NCBI GenBank assembly: GCA_032718475.1 | Contig: JAUCBJ010000533.1 | Location: 115,057-179,056 of the forward strand | Direction of reading: 5' to 3' | From: Nemertoderma westbladi | Lineage: Eukaryota; Animalia; Xenacoelomorpha | Length of the DNA stretch: 64,000 nt | Shown: positions 49,401 to 61,722 of the stretch, piece after piece | Layout: every line of letters starts with the position of its first letter | How positions within the stretch are numbered: position 1 is the first letter of the stretch | Program-made: the position numbers and the translations under genes | Notes under the pieces: generated by a model | The model's database searches: none | The model's input: only the letters and a program-made list of their open reading frames with translations | Told to the model about the DNA's origin: nothing

Positions 49401-51047
49401 GATAACTCCGCCGGTTTCCTGCAGCGTGTCGAGGAGTCCGGATGGCTCGGCCTCGTCTCAACCATCCTACAGATCGCTGGCGCCGTGGTCGATCTCATGG
49501 ACTTGCAGTGCTCCTCCGTGCTTCTCTCCCTCGAGGATGGCTGGGACCACGTGCCCCAGATCAGCGCCCTCGCCCAACTCATGTTGGACCCGTACTACCG
49601 CACACTGGAAGGATTCGAAGTCCTCGTCGAGAAGGAATGGATCGCTTTTGGACACCGTTTCGCCCATCGCCACTGTCTTACTCACGTTCACTCCACCCTC
49701 GTTGTCGCTCCTGTCTTCCTTAACTTCCTCGACGCGGTCCATCAACTTCTCCAACAGTTTCCGCACAGCTTTGAGTTCAACGATTTGTACCTTCGGACTC
49801 TGGCCTACCACTGCGGTAGCAACCGTTTCGATACCTTCCTGTTAGACTCTGAGTGCGAACGACTCGAAGCTGGGATTCTGTTCGCCCCTCCTCCTTCCAG
49901 TAGCGTTGCCGAAGAGACAGAGACTCCGGTTAGTCGTTCGTTGTGGGATTTCCTTTCGCGGGCGCACTACCGTCGACCAGTCTTCCGGAACTATAGCTAC
50001 CAGCCGGCCGGATCCCTCTCGCAGCAGGTGCTCCGTCCGTTCACGCAGGTCTCGTCGTTACGTCTGTGGGACTTCTACCTGGAGGAGGACTTGGGTTTGG
50101 GTCCGACGTATGATCGGGACCCGGTCGCTCGGGAGCCCGGAGACGCCGGTGACGCGGTGCGCTCCTCCCCTGGCGAGCGTCTCATCCTGTCCGCCGCGTA
50201 CGACAACCTGGCGTCGCGCGCGCCTGACATGCTGTCGTGGTTACTGGAGGAGATCTACCAACTCGAATGCGACCTGGACGATGAACCTCGCCGCTGGGTG
50301 CATCTGTGGAGTCGGTTGGACGAGACATTCCTCCGCGGGAGGAAGTACAACCGCGTGGCGAGCGCGCAACCGGCGCGCGGCCGCTTCGATCACAAGCGGA
50401 GCACGGCGGAGCTGTTAGCGCGGGGGCGAGCCTCTGAGAAGCGAGTTCTCCACGGGTTCGTCGCGCTCGACTCGATGGGGACGGCGCAGTGCGACCACTG
50501 TTCCGGGATTATTCTAGCCGTGTCCGCCAACTCGGGCGTCAAATGCGAGGATTGCGGCCTCGTGTGCCACGATAAGTGTCAGTCGGTCTTACGGAAAGGT
50601 TGCGTAAAGATCGGACTGCACACGGAAGTTCCGATGATCAAAGTGGAAACTCATAGTCCGAATGCGGAGTCGGCTAGATCTCCGGAGTCCACTCTCGCGT
50701 ACAACCGGGAGCTTTCGACGCAGACAGAAAGCGTGCGACTCCACAAAGGGACGTTGTACAAGCGCGGCGCGTTGCTGAAACAGTGGAAACAGCGGTGGTT
50801 CGTTTTGGACGAGACGAAACACGAGGTGCGTTACTATGACTGCGCGGAGGACTCGGATGTAAAGGGTACGATCGATCTCGCGGACGTCGTGTCCATATCC
50901 GCGATTCCGGCCCCGCAACACGGACCCAAAAGGGTGGACGATACCGCCTACTTCGAGGTTCGCACGACGAAACGGAGTTTCCATCTGCTCGCCGCGTCCC
51001 AGTCCCAATCCCAGGAGTGGATCGATAGGATGCAGAGTCGCATATAA
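46458..51047 (+). CDS. SBF: SBF/MTMR5-13 exon 2 (SBF2 domain, GRAM, myotubularin pseudophosphatase, C1, PH)
   Basis: Acceptor tttcccacag|GTG in phase 0; LPAEGQIFLTNYRVIFKG (GRAM); inactive P-loop SLEDGWDH; LDPYYRTLEGF, EKEWIAFGHRF; C1 (H...CDHC...CEDC...HDKC); PH (GTLYKRGALLKQWKQRWFVLD). Spliced product ~2012 aa. Confidence 0.96.
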   Translation: MFAQKIPRASDEAYNKLETTFPHLNAEIIAEVIVDGQSKLTLANRIASSVKKSKPRNVPCAVIRQHDELLSCGVRRLEVLRECITNIFESKITEARKTFQAVKRALRTKAARKALTQELSKGLKYNRSVLDNSQFDLIVKLLNAALIEEDAMGQDFTVARAVLPLATMFCRKLGGGGGIMQFIYSKIQHHSVWGSQQFWENCFYSDVEQHIRSLYRAEGSSVNGLTRTESSVENEAMSALDIAAEQLKLWSTLSDTERQSRVQSEESTVYSQAVHYSNRMVYMRIPLDMRRGVTLLRTGTGLEGQESGSSNVTNSVGGCSESYDADSVGDEELNDLGTLVVRFVCRFIDKVCIYAGVSDDHLKALHCMVPGVVAMHMESVEAVYRESKSLPEVQKPAIGPPALLPGERFASRDAITAYLLTDGRDADNIADQSKGQLPGLNFLPAEGQIFLTNYRVIFKGSPIDMILSDHVIIRSCPLGHIVKEKRINGQWAVISGVDDDVVDRYATQGYQIRSASFQLIKVAFDLRIPSDSINIENLVKGMRRLRYPDSVHSVFALVDSAAPEVLITLRGSKGSRRVGGKGSTLRGMVDYAMRRGVKGRTLSAKSKTTSLGASSTSSLSENDEDGEWGGYREDMSLERLYERPYVRDYIRMGLTVGISSALTNGISVATNVVGKSSTRLCSINLDYGMCKSLPAGFIVPSRINDATVARAARCHRLARVPAIVWRHPSSRALLLRASAMQHPRALIRGGGGGGSGAGGGQDTTNSIELEKYLETVVSLTPGFASRPGSQGSTLTAPAHTPANSDSGMSDGLTAADASSSHSSSPKNRAKRGSKLSRAMGGLRASGKATLKNFQGGITGESGTLSRTKGESSPPPSSNVENPPSPSGTLTPSQVEGRLTPMEAGRSSGGGHSPLGRDSFTGSQEGFSLYVLGDKSLVKGVSSVKHDGLLPKIECIPVDLPEIRLLRAGFRKLMRACVPSGADNSAGFLQRVEESGWLGLVSTILQIAGAVVDLMDLQCSSVLLSLEDGWDHVPQISALAQLMLDPYYRTLEGFEVLVEKEWIAFGHRFAHRHCLTHVHSTLVVAPVFLNFLDAVHQLLQQFPHSFEFNDLYLRTLAYHCGSNRFDTFLLDSECERLEAGILFAPPPSSSVAEETETPVSRSLWDFLSRAHYRRPVFRNYSYQPAGSLSQQVLRPFTQVSSLRLWDFYLEEDLGLGPTYDRDPVAREPGDAGDAVRSSPGERLILSAAYDNLASRAPDMLSWLLEEIYQLECDLDDEPRRWVHLWSRLDETFLRGRKYNRVASAQPARGRFDHKRSTAELLARGRASEKRVLHGFVALDSMGTAQCDHCSGIILAVSANSGVKCEDCGLVCHDKCQSVLRKGCVKIGLHTEVPMIKVETHSPNAESARSPESTLAYNRELSTQTESVRLHKGTLYKRGALLKQWKQRWFVLDETKHEVRYYDCAEDSDVKGTIDLADVVSISAIPAPQHGPKRVDDTAYFEVRTTKRSFHLLAASQSQSQEWIDRMQSRI

Positions 51048-52134
51048 ATAGATTGGAACTACGTTGTTACGTCATAACGAATAGGATTTTACGTAATGTA
51101 ACATTGTCGTCATGACGTCACGTATCCTCTGTCTCGGATAGGTTTCGCCCGTTTGGTGCATTAAGCAAAGCGTTTGAATCAAATATACTTTTTGAAATTG
51201 AAATAAATACTTAGTTCTTTTTATTTCTTAGTTGAAACATCATTTGGATTCCATTCTTAGCCAATCATTTAGTGTTTGGCTCTGATTGAGTGACCCTATT
51301 TTTTAATAATTATTGAATGGGTGGCGATTATTCGTTGCTGCACTGAATTTATCTGCTTGTATTTTTTTGTATTTAATATTTCTTATTTTACGTGGCTAAT
51401 TTTTTTCTTTAGGTTTTACAATTTGTTTTGTTTCATTTGCAAGGTGCTGCTAATTTCTCTTTATTTCGTTCAAACTTGGCCGTAGCGCAAATATTGATAC
51501 ATAAAAAAGCAGTTATCGGTACGCTGTAACTATATTGAGTCGCACTATTTCTTGAGACCGACCAGAATTTGTTATTTTCGCTGGTTGTATTTTTCCTTAA
51601 CCAATCTCTAAACCTAAAATAATGTTTTTTTTTTGTTTTGATGATATGTTCAAATTTAACATCTACCGTGGCCGTGGGAATCATTAACGCCTTAGTTATA
51701 TACAACATATACAATAATGTTAGATATTATTGGGATAGAATACATATTAAATATTATTTTAATATGTCATCTCGTTTATTTGGTTTCCCCAAACATCGTC
51801 CCACCCACGGGTTACAACATTGTATATTCCTTTTCTCTCTTAAGAAACTATTCCGTCAATATATCATTAAGATAAAGTTATAAAACTGTTGTATTTGCAA
51901 TCGAAATTGTGTTCACTGTAACTCTTACACCATATTATTTTGTTATACGATGATAACATCCATCCATTCATTATGATACCTCAAACATTATCTGGCGTTG
52001 AATAAGTAAAATATTAGATAGTTTTTATGGTTTTAATGGATAAATTAAAACAAACAATCCAAAATAACATTAATATGAAATAAATCTTGTTTGCCCAATG
52101 TGAAATACAAATATTACATTAATAACATTTTTTA

Positions 52135-53490
52135 TATTCTTAAATTGTTACTTTTTGGTCGAATAAACCCCAAAAGTGGCACTTTTTACCCCTAGGAAAA
52201 AAAGTAACCCATAGGATTGCATTGATTTTACTTTTTCCCGGCGAAAAAGTAATTTCAAATATTTTTGGTGGAATTACTTAAATTTTATTACATGTGTTCA
52301 AAGGGCATCGACGTAGAAAAGGTTTTAAAGTAATTTGAGTAAAATCCACTGACACCGTCAAAATTTATTGCAACTTCAGTGTCTACAAGGCGAACTCCAA
52401 AACGGAAGTCAATATCAAATATTGGTTTAGGTAGTTAAGCGGCTCTCTAGTTACCTAATGAATATTCGAGGACAATAAATTATTTAACATTGAGTAAGGC
52501 AGCATCAGGTGTTGAAGAGTACAATAATATTAATATTATAATAATATTAATACAATAATATTAATTATAATAATATTATTAACCTCGCTGACTCTCGATA
52601 AATAAAATGCCTCGTAAATAGTGAAAAAAAGTTATACTTTTTTAGCCATGTAATAAATAATTATTATTGAGTTAATTTCATCCATAATGTAATACTCAAA
52701 AACGGGACGTTGGACGAATAACTATTTTACGAAGAAAGTAACATAGTAAAAGCAGCATATTTATTTGAGGTCGAAGGTCGAAAAGATGCTTTTACTATTA
52801 CAAAGAGGACAAAAATACTTATTCTTAAATTGTTACTTTTTCGCTCAAAATTAGAGAAAATGTAACACTTTTTTCCTTAGGGAAAAAAAGTAACCCATAG
52901 GATTGCATTGATTTTACTTTTTTCCCGGCGAAAAAAGTAAAACAAAATATTTTTGGTGGAATTTCTCAAATTTTATTAAATGTGTTGAAAGAGCTTCGAC
53001 GTAGAAAAGGTTTGCACGTAATTTGAACAAACTCCGTTCACACACTCAAAATTTATTGCAACTTTAATGTCTGCAAGGCGAACTCCAAAACGGAAGTCAA
53101 TATCAAATATTGGTTTATGTAGTCAAGCGGCTCTCTAGTTACGTAATAAATATTCGAGAACACTAAATTATTTAACATTGAGTAAGTCAGCATCAGGAGT
53201 TGGAGAGTTCAGTAATTTGAATTTCAGTAACTATGGAAGCAATACAGTAAAATACTACAGTTAAATATATTTTGTAACTCTATATCGCTCTATATTTTAT
53301 TAACAAATTAAGCAACAAAAAAGTACCAATTTAAGAATAAAATTACGTATTACATGGGGAAAAAACATAGAACATATTTTTTCAATATTCTCTCGACTCT
53401 TTATTAACCTCGCTGACGCTCGGTAAATAAAATGCCTCGAGAATAATTGAAAAAAAGTTTTCCTTTTTTTTTCCCATGTAATAAATAATT
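52135..53490. repeat. Two adjacent diverged copies of a ~530-670 bp AT-rich repeat
   Basis: Copies start tattcttaaattgttactttt at ~52135 and ~52820; share aaagtaacccataggattgcattg, gcgaactccaaaacggaagtcaatatc and ccatgtaataaataatta. Confidence 0.85.
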
Positions 53491-54153
53491 ATATTTTTGT
53501 AGAAGATGTTGTTTTCTTTACAATATTTTGAATTATTTGAAATATTTTGAATTAAAAGTTTAACGTAAAAAAACTGTCCAAATTTGAATTAAATTTTTGC
53601 ACCACGGTTTAATTAAATAATACTAACTAACTATACATTTTGAAAGTTGACCAATATAGCTACTGGAGCAAAATATAGTAAATATATTTACTAAACATTT
53701 TAATGTAAAATTAATAAATAATTACAAACGTAATTACTGGTCTAGTAATGCGAACTCAACATAATAAACTTCTAGATCGTTGATTGGTTAAACATTTTAT
53801 TATTCCCATTTTCGGAAGATTCATTGGATTAATCACTTCATTGTCCGTAAATACGGACAATAAAGTCTTTATTGTCCGATATATTAATAATTCGATTAAT
53901 ATCCATAATTTCTTAAAAAAAAACGTGTTCGAAAGAACTCCCGTCACTATTTTCAGTTAGCCGAAATTGAGATATTCTGTCCTCGCGTCTTTTTTTCTTA
54001 TATCGAAGAACATTATACTTACTTTGTGTTACTCTTAGTATATTAATAATTCTCTAATACATCTTTTTACCTCTATTTGTAACAGCGGCTGCATTCGAAA
54101 ACTATTTAATCTAGAATCTTAATTATTTAATTGTAAGATTTTGTAATAAATGT

Positions 54154-55657
54154 AGCATTGGTTGCGGCCTTGGTACTAGAGCCCGCTGTGTCGCTGTGCA
54201 AGCATTGGTTGCGGCCTTGGTACTAGAGCCCGCTGTGTCGCTGTGCAAGCATTGGTTGCGGCCTTGGTACTAGAGCCCGCTGTGTCGCTGTGCAAGCATT
54301 GGTTGCGGCCTTGGTACTAGAGCCCGCTGTGTCGCTGTGCAAGCATTGGTTGCGGCCTTGGTACTAGAGCCCGCTGTGTCGCTGTGCAAGCATTGGTTGC
54401 GGCCTTGGTACTAGAGCCCGCTGTGTCGCTGTGCAAGCATTGGTTGCGGCCTTGGTACTAGAGCCCGCTGTGTCGCTGTGCAAGCATTGGTTGCGGCCTT
54501 GGTACTAGAGCCCGCTGTGTCGCTGTGCAAGCATTGGTTGCGGCCTTGGTACTAGAGCCCGCTATGTCGCTGTGCAAGCATTGGTTGCGGCCTTGGTACT
54601 AGAGCCCGCTATGTCGCTGTGCAAGCATTGGTTGCGGCCTTGGTACTAGAGCCCGCTATGTCGCTGTGCAAGCATTGGTTGCGGCCTTGGTACTAGAGCC
54701 CGCTGTGTCGCTGTGCAAGCATTGGTTGCGGCCTTGGTACTAGAGCCCGCTGTGTCGCTGTGCAAGCATTGGTTGCGGCCTTGGTACTAGAGCCCGCTGT
54801 GTCGCTGTGCAAGCATTGGTTGCGGCCTTGGTACTAGAGCCCGCTGTGTCGCTGTGCAAGCATTGGTTGCGGCCTTGGTACTAGAGCCCGCTATGTCGCT
54901 GTGCAAGCATTGGTTGCGGCCTTGGTACTAGAGCCCGCTGTGTCGCTGTGCAAGCATTGGTTGCGGCCTTGGTACTAGAGCCCGCTATGTCGCTGTGCAA
55001 GCATTGGTTGCGGCCTTGGTACTAGAGCCCGCTATGTCGCTGTGCAAGCATTGGTTGCGGCCTTGGTACTAGAGCCCGCTATGTCGCTGTGCAAGCATTG
55101 GTTGCGGCCTTGGTACTAGAGCCCGCTATGTCGCTGTGCAAGCATTGGTTGCGGCCTTGGTACTAGAGCCCGCTGTGTCGCTGTGCAAGCATTGGTTGCG
55201 GCCTTGGTACTAGAGCCCGCTGTGTCGCTGTGCAAGCATTGGTTGCGGCCTTGGTACTAGAGCCCGCTATGTCGCTGTGCAAGCATTGGTTGCGGCCTTG
55301 GTACTAGAGCCCGCTATGTCGCTGTGCAAGCATTGGTTGCGGCCTTGGTACTAGAGCCCGCTATGTCGCTGTGCAAGCATTGGTTGCGGCCTTGGTACTA
55401 GAGCCCGCTATGTCGCTGTGCAAGCATTGGTTGCGGCCTTGGTACTAGAGCCCGCTGTGTCGCTGTGCAAGCATTGGTTGCGGCCTTGGTACTAGAGCCC
55501 GCTGTGTCGCTGTGCAAGCATTGGTTGCGGCCTTGGTACTAGAGCCCGCTGTGTCGCTGTGCAAGCATTGGTTGCGGCCTTGGTACTAGAGCCCGCTATG
55601 TCGCTGTGCAAGCATTGGTTGCGGCCTTGGTACTAGAGCCCGCTATGTCGCTGTGCA
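54154..55657. repeat. 47-bp minisatellite, 32 copies
   Basis: AGCATTGGTTGCGGCCTTGGTACTAGAGCCCGCT(G/A)TGTCGCTGTGCA; 1504 bp = 32 x 47. Confidence 0.99.
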
Positions 55658-58194
55658 GTGCCGCTTGCTCAATTATATTGTTAGACTTGTACACTTACTG
55701 TTTTTATTCCTCGAAACTAATACTAGCTCGCTATATTTAGTTCCGTCTAATTACTTTCAGTATTGGATTATTAGGGCCCCACATTATGATATCATGTGCA
55801 TATTTAGGTAGGCATTAACAAAACTTAGCATTGAACATTTTATTTCAATTTTAATTTCAGTTTCTTTGAGACTTTTTAAATATAGCGCCAGTAGGTTTGG
55901 TACACGTAATTTGTTGCAGTAGTAATTAACGTTCAATTATATAGCTTAAAAACGTTTTAACCAATTACTGTATTTACTATTTAAGGATAAATACAATTAT
56001 TTATTGTTCGATTGAAATATTCGCTGTAATTAAAATAGTTTTTTTAAGCATTATATCACTTTATATGATTGCTATTATCTTTCTATGAATAATATCTTCG
56101 GTATGTGACAACAAGAGCATCAATAGGGAGGATTTGAGGAAGCGGCTGTTTGCAACCATAGTAACCCCTTTAAAACAGATTTGGTACAAATTATGAAATA
56201 AAAAATAATGTAAAATTTTCTCAAGTTTACTTTCTTTTAAGACAATAATGTCTGTCGAGATGTTTTGAGTCTTGCAAAGAGTATTATTAGCATTGACGTG
56301 AAATAAATTGTAATAAATAAGTTTTAAGCGTTTGATTTACATTACCATTGCAAGTGCTTGGCCCTTATTTGTCTCTAGTCGTATAAAGTGTTACTTTATG
56401 CACCATCAACTAAATATTTACATAACAATCATCATTTCGCGGTGCTGTTTGCTGTAGTTTCTCTACTGTATTTGCTTCTAGGTTTGCTGCCTTTGTGTAA
56501 TAGTATATTACCGTTTCGTGTTTGTTATCATTATATTAGAATTTCACAAAGTGTTATTTAATATATTTATGGTCTAAAACAAATAATATTTCTGTCACCA
56601 TGGTTAGTTAAATCAGTTCCACACTTCCCTAGGTAATACTTAAATTATTACATGGCCGTATGGCGTATTGCAGCTAGAAAGAAATACTAACTTTTCAAAC
56701 GTTTGTAACAACAATTTAATGGAGTTTTCAAAATTAGTAGTCGTCTTAGCTATAAATAAATCAATTATGGAGAACCATTGAGATTACTACACCATTATAA
56801 CAGAGATAGTTTGACCTCCGTACTTTTTACTTGTCGAGTCAGAATTTTTTTTTTCTCGCTTTCAATCTTTAGCTATAAGTATTTGAATAACGTGTCTCTG
56901 TTGATATCAAACCAGCCGTACTGCTGTTGTACTTCAATCTTACAGTGGTTCTTGTGATGGATGATGGAGAACTGACTATGCAAGGATTCCAATTAGGTAA
57001 AACATGAGGAAGTAAGGTGACTGATTTGTGGCAATTTAATTAAAATTGAATAATTTATGGTCAACCGTTAATTAATATATGGTGGACCATTTTATTATTC
57101 AAAATTTTCTTTTAATTTGCTTAATTCGGCTACCGTAAGGAATATATATGAAAGTTTTATGTTATCGTTTCAGCTGTAGGCCACTTAAAAAAATGTGGGG
57201 CGAGCCACGAAGTTGGCGGAACCTTAGCGAACTGACACTGTTAGGGGTGTTGGTCAATCATGGCAAATAGTTGTCGTCGCTACGATTTTGACATGCTAAT
57301 AACTTTACTACTAGATGTGAAAAATGCTGTGTAGGGTAGGGATTTTGAATATTATTATACATGCCGGTCATAACACGGGGCCAACATGAATATACATTTC
57401 AAGCCAATGATAGTACACTAAATAAGTCATTCAATATGAAATATGTGATATACATTGATAAATCATAATTCAAAATTCAAATCAAAATAATAAATTTCAT
57501 GAATTAATTGCTATTAGACAAGCGACGTAGCACTGGCACTGTACCAAAACTTCTTCGCCGCCGATATACAAAACAAAAAACGATACCGGTATATAGATGT
57601 AAAATATGCTACGATGGCACTGCACCAAAACATATTTGCCGCAGATATACAAAAAATCGATTTTACACGGACACCAGTAAATAGATGTGAAAAATGCTGC
57701 GTATAGGAATTTAGAATATTATTATACATACCGGTATGCATTTCAAGCCAATAATGTTAGTACTCGAAATAAACCATTCACTATTCTTTAGGCATTAAGA
57801 TATTATTATGTGATATACATTTCAAAATTAAAATCAAATTAAAATGAGTACAAAAAAAGATACTAAAGTACTAAAAAGAGTACATTGATAGATTTAATCT
57901 GCCTGAAGTCCAGATATATTGTCATAAGTCATTTGTCAATTATACACCATCACTTCAATAGTCTCCCGCTAGAGGGTAACATGGGGCGACTTGGGTCTTT
58001 TTTCGGCATGGGTGAAACGTTTACATCCGTAATTCAGTAATATGCTATGTTACGTAGACTTTTAATCGCATGCCGTACCAGTACGCAGCACTACGGTATC
58101 AACAGGCACGTCTACTACTACGATCGGCATGCCGCATTGCATCTGCATTATATATATATATTACATATATATTAAGAATGCTGTGCCGGCTTGT

Positions 58195-58890
58195 CGACAA
58201 ATTGCGCCGCCACAACTCCCTATTACCCATGACATTTGCTAGATCATCCGCATCTTCAAGGCCAGTGTCTTTTAGGATGCGTCTCAAGAGAGTCATGGGC
58301 TGTCCACCATGCTTATTCGCTCCATGAGGGCGCCAAAGTACAAGATTATTCACAGGTTTCACCTGACTTTCTGATCCATGATCCCAAGGAGCAGAAGTCA
58401 TCTACGTGTTTCGTCCGTCCTTAGAGCTTATGCCCAGACATTTCTTGAGGGCTGTCAAGGTTGACTGTCGGGTCTTCTTGGAATTTACAGAACTAGGACA
58501 GAACCAACACTAGAAGCAACCTGCTCCAATGAGCAGAGGAGCCTTTGGGCTGTCTCTAGTGATTCTGACAGTACCCCTAAGTCATCAGCAAAGTGTAGAT
58601 CAGTAAGGTACTTTGCTGGATTTCCTCTACTTCTTGTGCCAGTAGGGGGTGTTACCATCACCCTATCTTTATTAAGATTGTCTATCTAAGTACATGCGTA
58701 GACCATAATCAACAACAATTACGAATAAGAATGGTGCAAGTGTGTCACCGTGAAGGACTCCCCATAAGACTTCGAATAGATCTGTGTCACAATTAGTAGT
58801 AGACACAATGTGGTGGAACCATCGTACAGTGATCTCATAGCTGCAATAATTTCCTCAGGAATCCAATATGCTGCCAGTGTGCTGAACAGA
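58195..58890 (-). mobile_element. Degenerate RTE-group LINE RT remnant
   Basis: GVLHGDTLAPFLFVIVVDY, TDLHFADD, and C-terminal LVLWRP...ILKDTGL...NRELWR; frameshifted. Confidence 0.8.
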
Positions 58891-59088
58891 CGTGGTCGGT
58901 CGGGAGTCGAAGGCTTTATAGAAGTCAACAAAGATAATAGCCAGCTGTCTGTCGTTGTTTATCGATACACGCACGTCACCAGCCTTTCAAGTATTGATAG
59001 GCCTTAAAGGCCTACACGCACAGGCACGTCACCAGCCGTTCAAGAACGAGGGGGGATGGGGGATTGTAAACTGAAAGTATGCAGTTCG

Positions 59089-59399
59089 AAGGTCTAAGCC
59101 TACGTACGCATATAACCAATTGTGGTGTCGTTTCAGCCTATTTTAACATATTAACTTAATTTCGCGAATATTTAATTTCGATTTTCACCATTTAAGGAAC
59201 CTTTTAATGGAAAGTAGCAGGTTATAATGACAGGCTTTTCTAACCAAAACAATAAACTAAATTTAGGAACACAGTTTACAGTAAAATTGTTACTTCTAAG
59301 CACTAATTTTTCAATATTAATTTAACATTAACCCTATGAGAAGGCTGAAACGACACCGCAATTGGAAATTTGCCTACAGTACATCGTGGGGCCAACCTT
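59089..59399. mobile_element. Probable MITE
   Basis: Inverted repeat ccaattgtggtgtcgtttcagcct (59117) / aggctgaaacgacaccgcaattgg (59342), with weaker similarity extending outward. Confidence 0.55.
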
Positions 59400-59689
59400 C
59401 ATAAATACAGTATCTAGTAATTCCTAACCATTTTATTAATGATGAATAAAGTCGATTACCGGTAGAAATAAATTAATCTGGGCTACTACAAATAATATGT
59501 GTGTTACTGATAGACCCCCCCCCCCCCCCATCTATGTTATTACTTTTTTTCACAAAATATAAAAACCTTCAAAATTGAAAGTTGGGGGGGGGGGGGGGGG
59601 GGGATTCCCCCCGTCGTGACGTCCCTGCGTACCAAACAATGATCACACACGCTGCACGCATCCGTGGTAAATAAACATTAAACAATAAA

Positions 59690-59928
59690 CAAAATTCTAC
59701 CCCAGGACATATTACCTAATCTGTTAATTGCCTCAAGCACCACTCACACACACACAGCACACGCTACGCAACAAATAATTGTCAAATACAACGTACTCGA
59801 CTACAAACCACCAGACAGTCAGTGAGGGTCAGAGCCCCGGAAGTGTGGAATACACTCCCTAGTGACTTGCGGCAGATAGCTAGTCTCTCAAAATTTAAGA
59901 GAAAATTATCTAAATTTCTTAGCACCTA
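59690..59928 (+). mobile_element. CR1/L2-group LINE 3' fragment
   Basis: H.HSTR...RAPEVWNTLPSDLRQIASLSKFKRKL motif set. Confidence 0.75.
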
Positions 59929-60006
59929 AAAATCTACGCAATAATAACTATAGACTAAAAACACTAAAATATAATATAACTGATTAAATACTGTATATCT
60001 ATATAA

Positions 60007-61722
60007 GGGACGGGAAATAAATCACTACCGGACAATTACCGTGGGATAGCTTTAATCTGTGTCATGCTTAAAATGCTGACCACTATTATAAACCAGAGAG
60101 TTAGAAAGCACATTGCTCACCTATTACCGGAAGAGCAGTATGGCTTTACGTGTGGTAAATCTACGTTGCATGCCCTTAAAAAGCTCCTTGACGACGTATC
60201 CACTATCATCAACAATGCCAGCCGCCCATCATCTCAGAGAGTAGTTTATGCAGCATTCGTAGACCTACGGAAGGCATTTGATCTTGTAAATCGATCAATC
60301 CTAATGTACAAGCTCTACACTATATTTGGCGTAAAGGGTAAAGTGTATAATCTTATCAGGGACATATTTCGAAACACAGTAAAAATTTACGATGGCATAA
60401 AACTCTCAAACCCAATAGAGCAGTTACGAGGAATACTCCAAGGAGACTGTTTTTCTCCAACATGTTTTTTGATGTTCATCGCAGATCTTGCCTCGACATT
60501 ACGTCTCATTGCTGATACTCTCAGGTTTATATTTTTCGCAGATGATTTAGTAATCTATTCATCAAATCGAGAACACATTCAAACAGCGCTACACGAGCTC
60601 CACAAATGGTGCAAATTAAACAAAATGGCTGTAAATTTAAAGAAAACCAAAATTTTGAAATTTAGAAGGGGAGGCCCATTACGCAGAACAGATAAATTAA
60701 TATACAATAATGAGAATGTGGACAGTGCCGGATTAACCTTAAGGCATATAAGGCACGTGCCGTTTGTGCTGTTCATAATATATGTCAATGACCTGGTAAA
60801 TGTATCCAAACTATTTAAACATATCCTTTTTGCAGATGATACGAATTTGCTTTTATCAGGTTCAGACATAAATAACATTATTAATACCTCTAACACTGAA
60901 CTGGACAAACTAACAAAATGGTTTCAAATAAATAGACTGTCACTGAATGTGGACAAAACCAATTATATTATATTCTATCAGACTAATATAAAAAATTATA
61001 ATACCGATACACAAAAAGTAACTATAAATGGGAAAATAATAAAACAAAAACAATGTATAAAATTCCTAGGCGTTCTAATCGACGAAAATTTAACTTGGAA
61101 AGATCACATATCCCACATACACACCAAAGTAAGTAGAAATGTAGGAATCATAAATAGAATTAAATCATTCTCACCAACCCCAGTTCTCACTAAATTATAT
61201 TACTCACTGATAGAACCTTATTTTAATTACTGCATCTCTGTTTGGGGCCAAGCGTTAATGCAATCAAGTTCGGATACAGCTACACAGACTTCGAGTAAAT
61301 ATAAGGGTCCCCGCCGACGTAGACGCAAACCTAAAAACCAAACAATGAGCATCCGTAAATTACATAACCTACAACAACGCGCATTTAAAATAATTAAATA
61401 CCACAACCCAACGTTTAACCCACACTGCATACGTTCTCTTTACATTTCACAAGTAGGTGCAATCTGTTTCAAGTACATCAATGGATTACTCTCGAAGGAT
61501 ATTTTTCCACATCTTTTGACTCCGGTAAACCAAATTCACTATCATCAAACCCGTGGATCGTCTCAGAATAAATGCTTCATTGTTAGACATAGGTTAAAAT
61601 TACGAAACAATTCCATATTTATACAAGCCCCACACATATGGAATTCTCTGCCTGCTGATGCACGACGGGCCGCTTCTTTTAACTCGTTTAAACAAAAACT
61701 TTCAGTGCATCTATTAAAATAA
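60007..61722 (+). mobile_element. Chimeric reverse-transcriptase ORF from two different LINEs
   Basis: First RT: PDNYRGIAL, EEQYGF, FVDLRKAFD, GILQGD, FFADD, KTKILKFRRGG. Second RT from ~60765: LFIIYVND, LFADD, LSLNVDKT, KFLGVLIDENLTW, WNSLP. Confidence 0.88.

Noticed and set aside
49520-49560. Loss of the catalytic CX5R motif as a sign of pseudogenisation
   Set aside because: LEDGWD in place of CSDGWDR is the normal state of SBF/MTMR5/13 pseudophosphatases.
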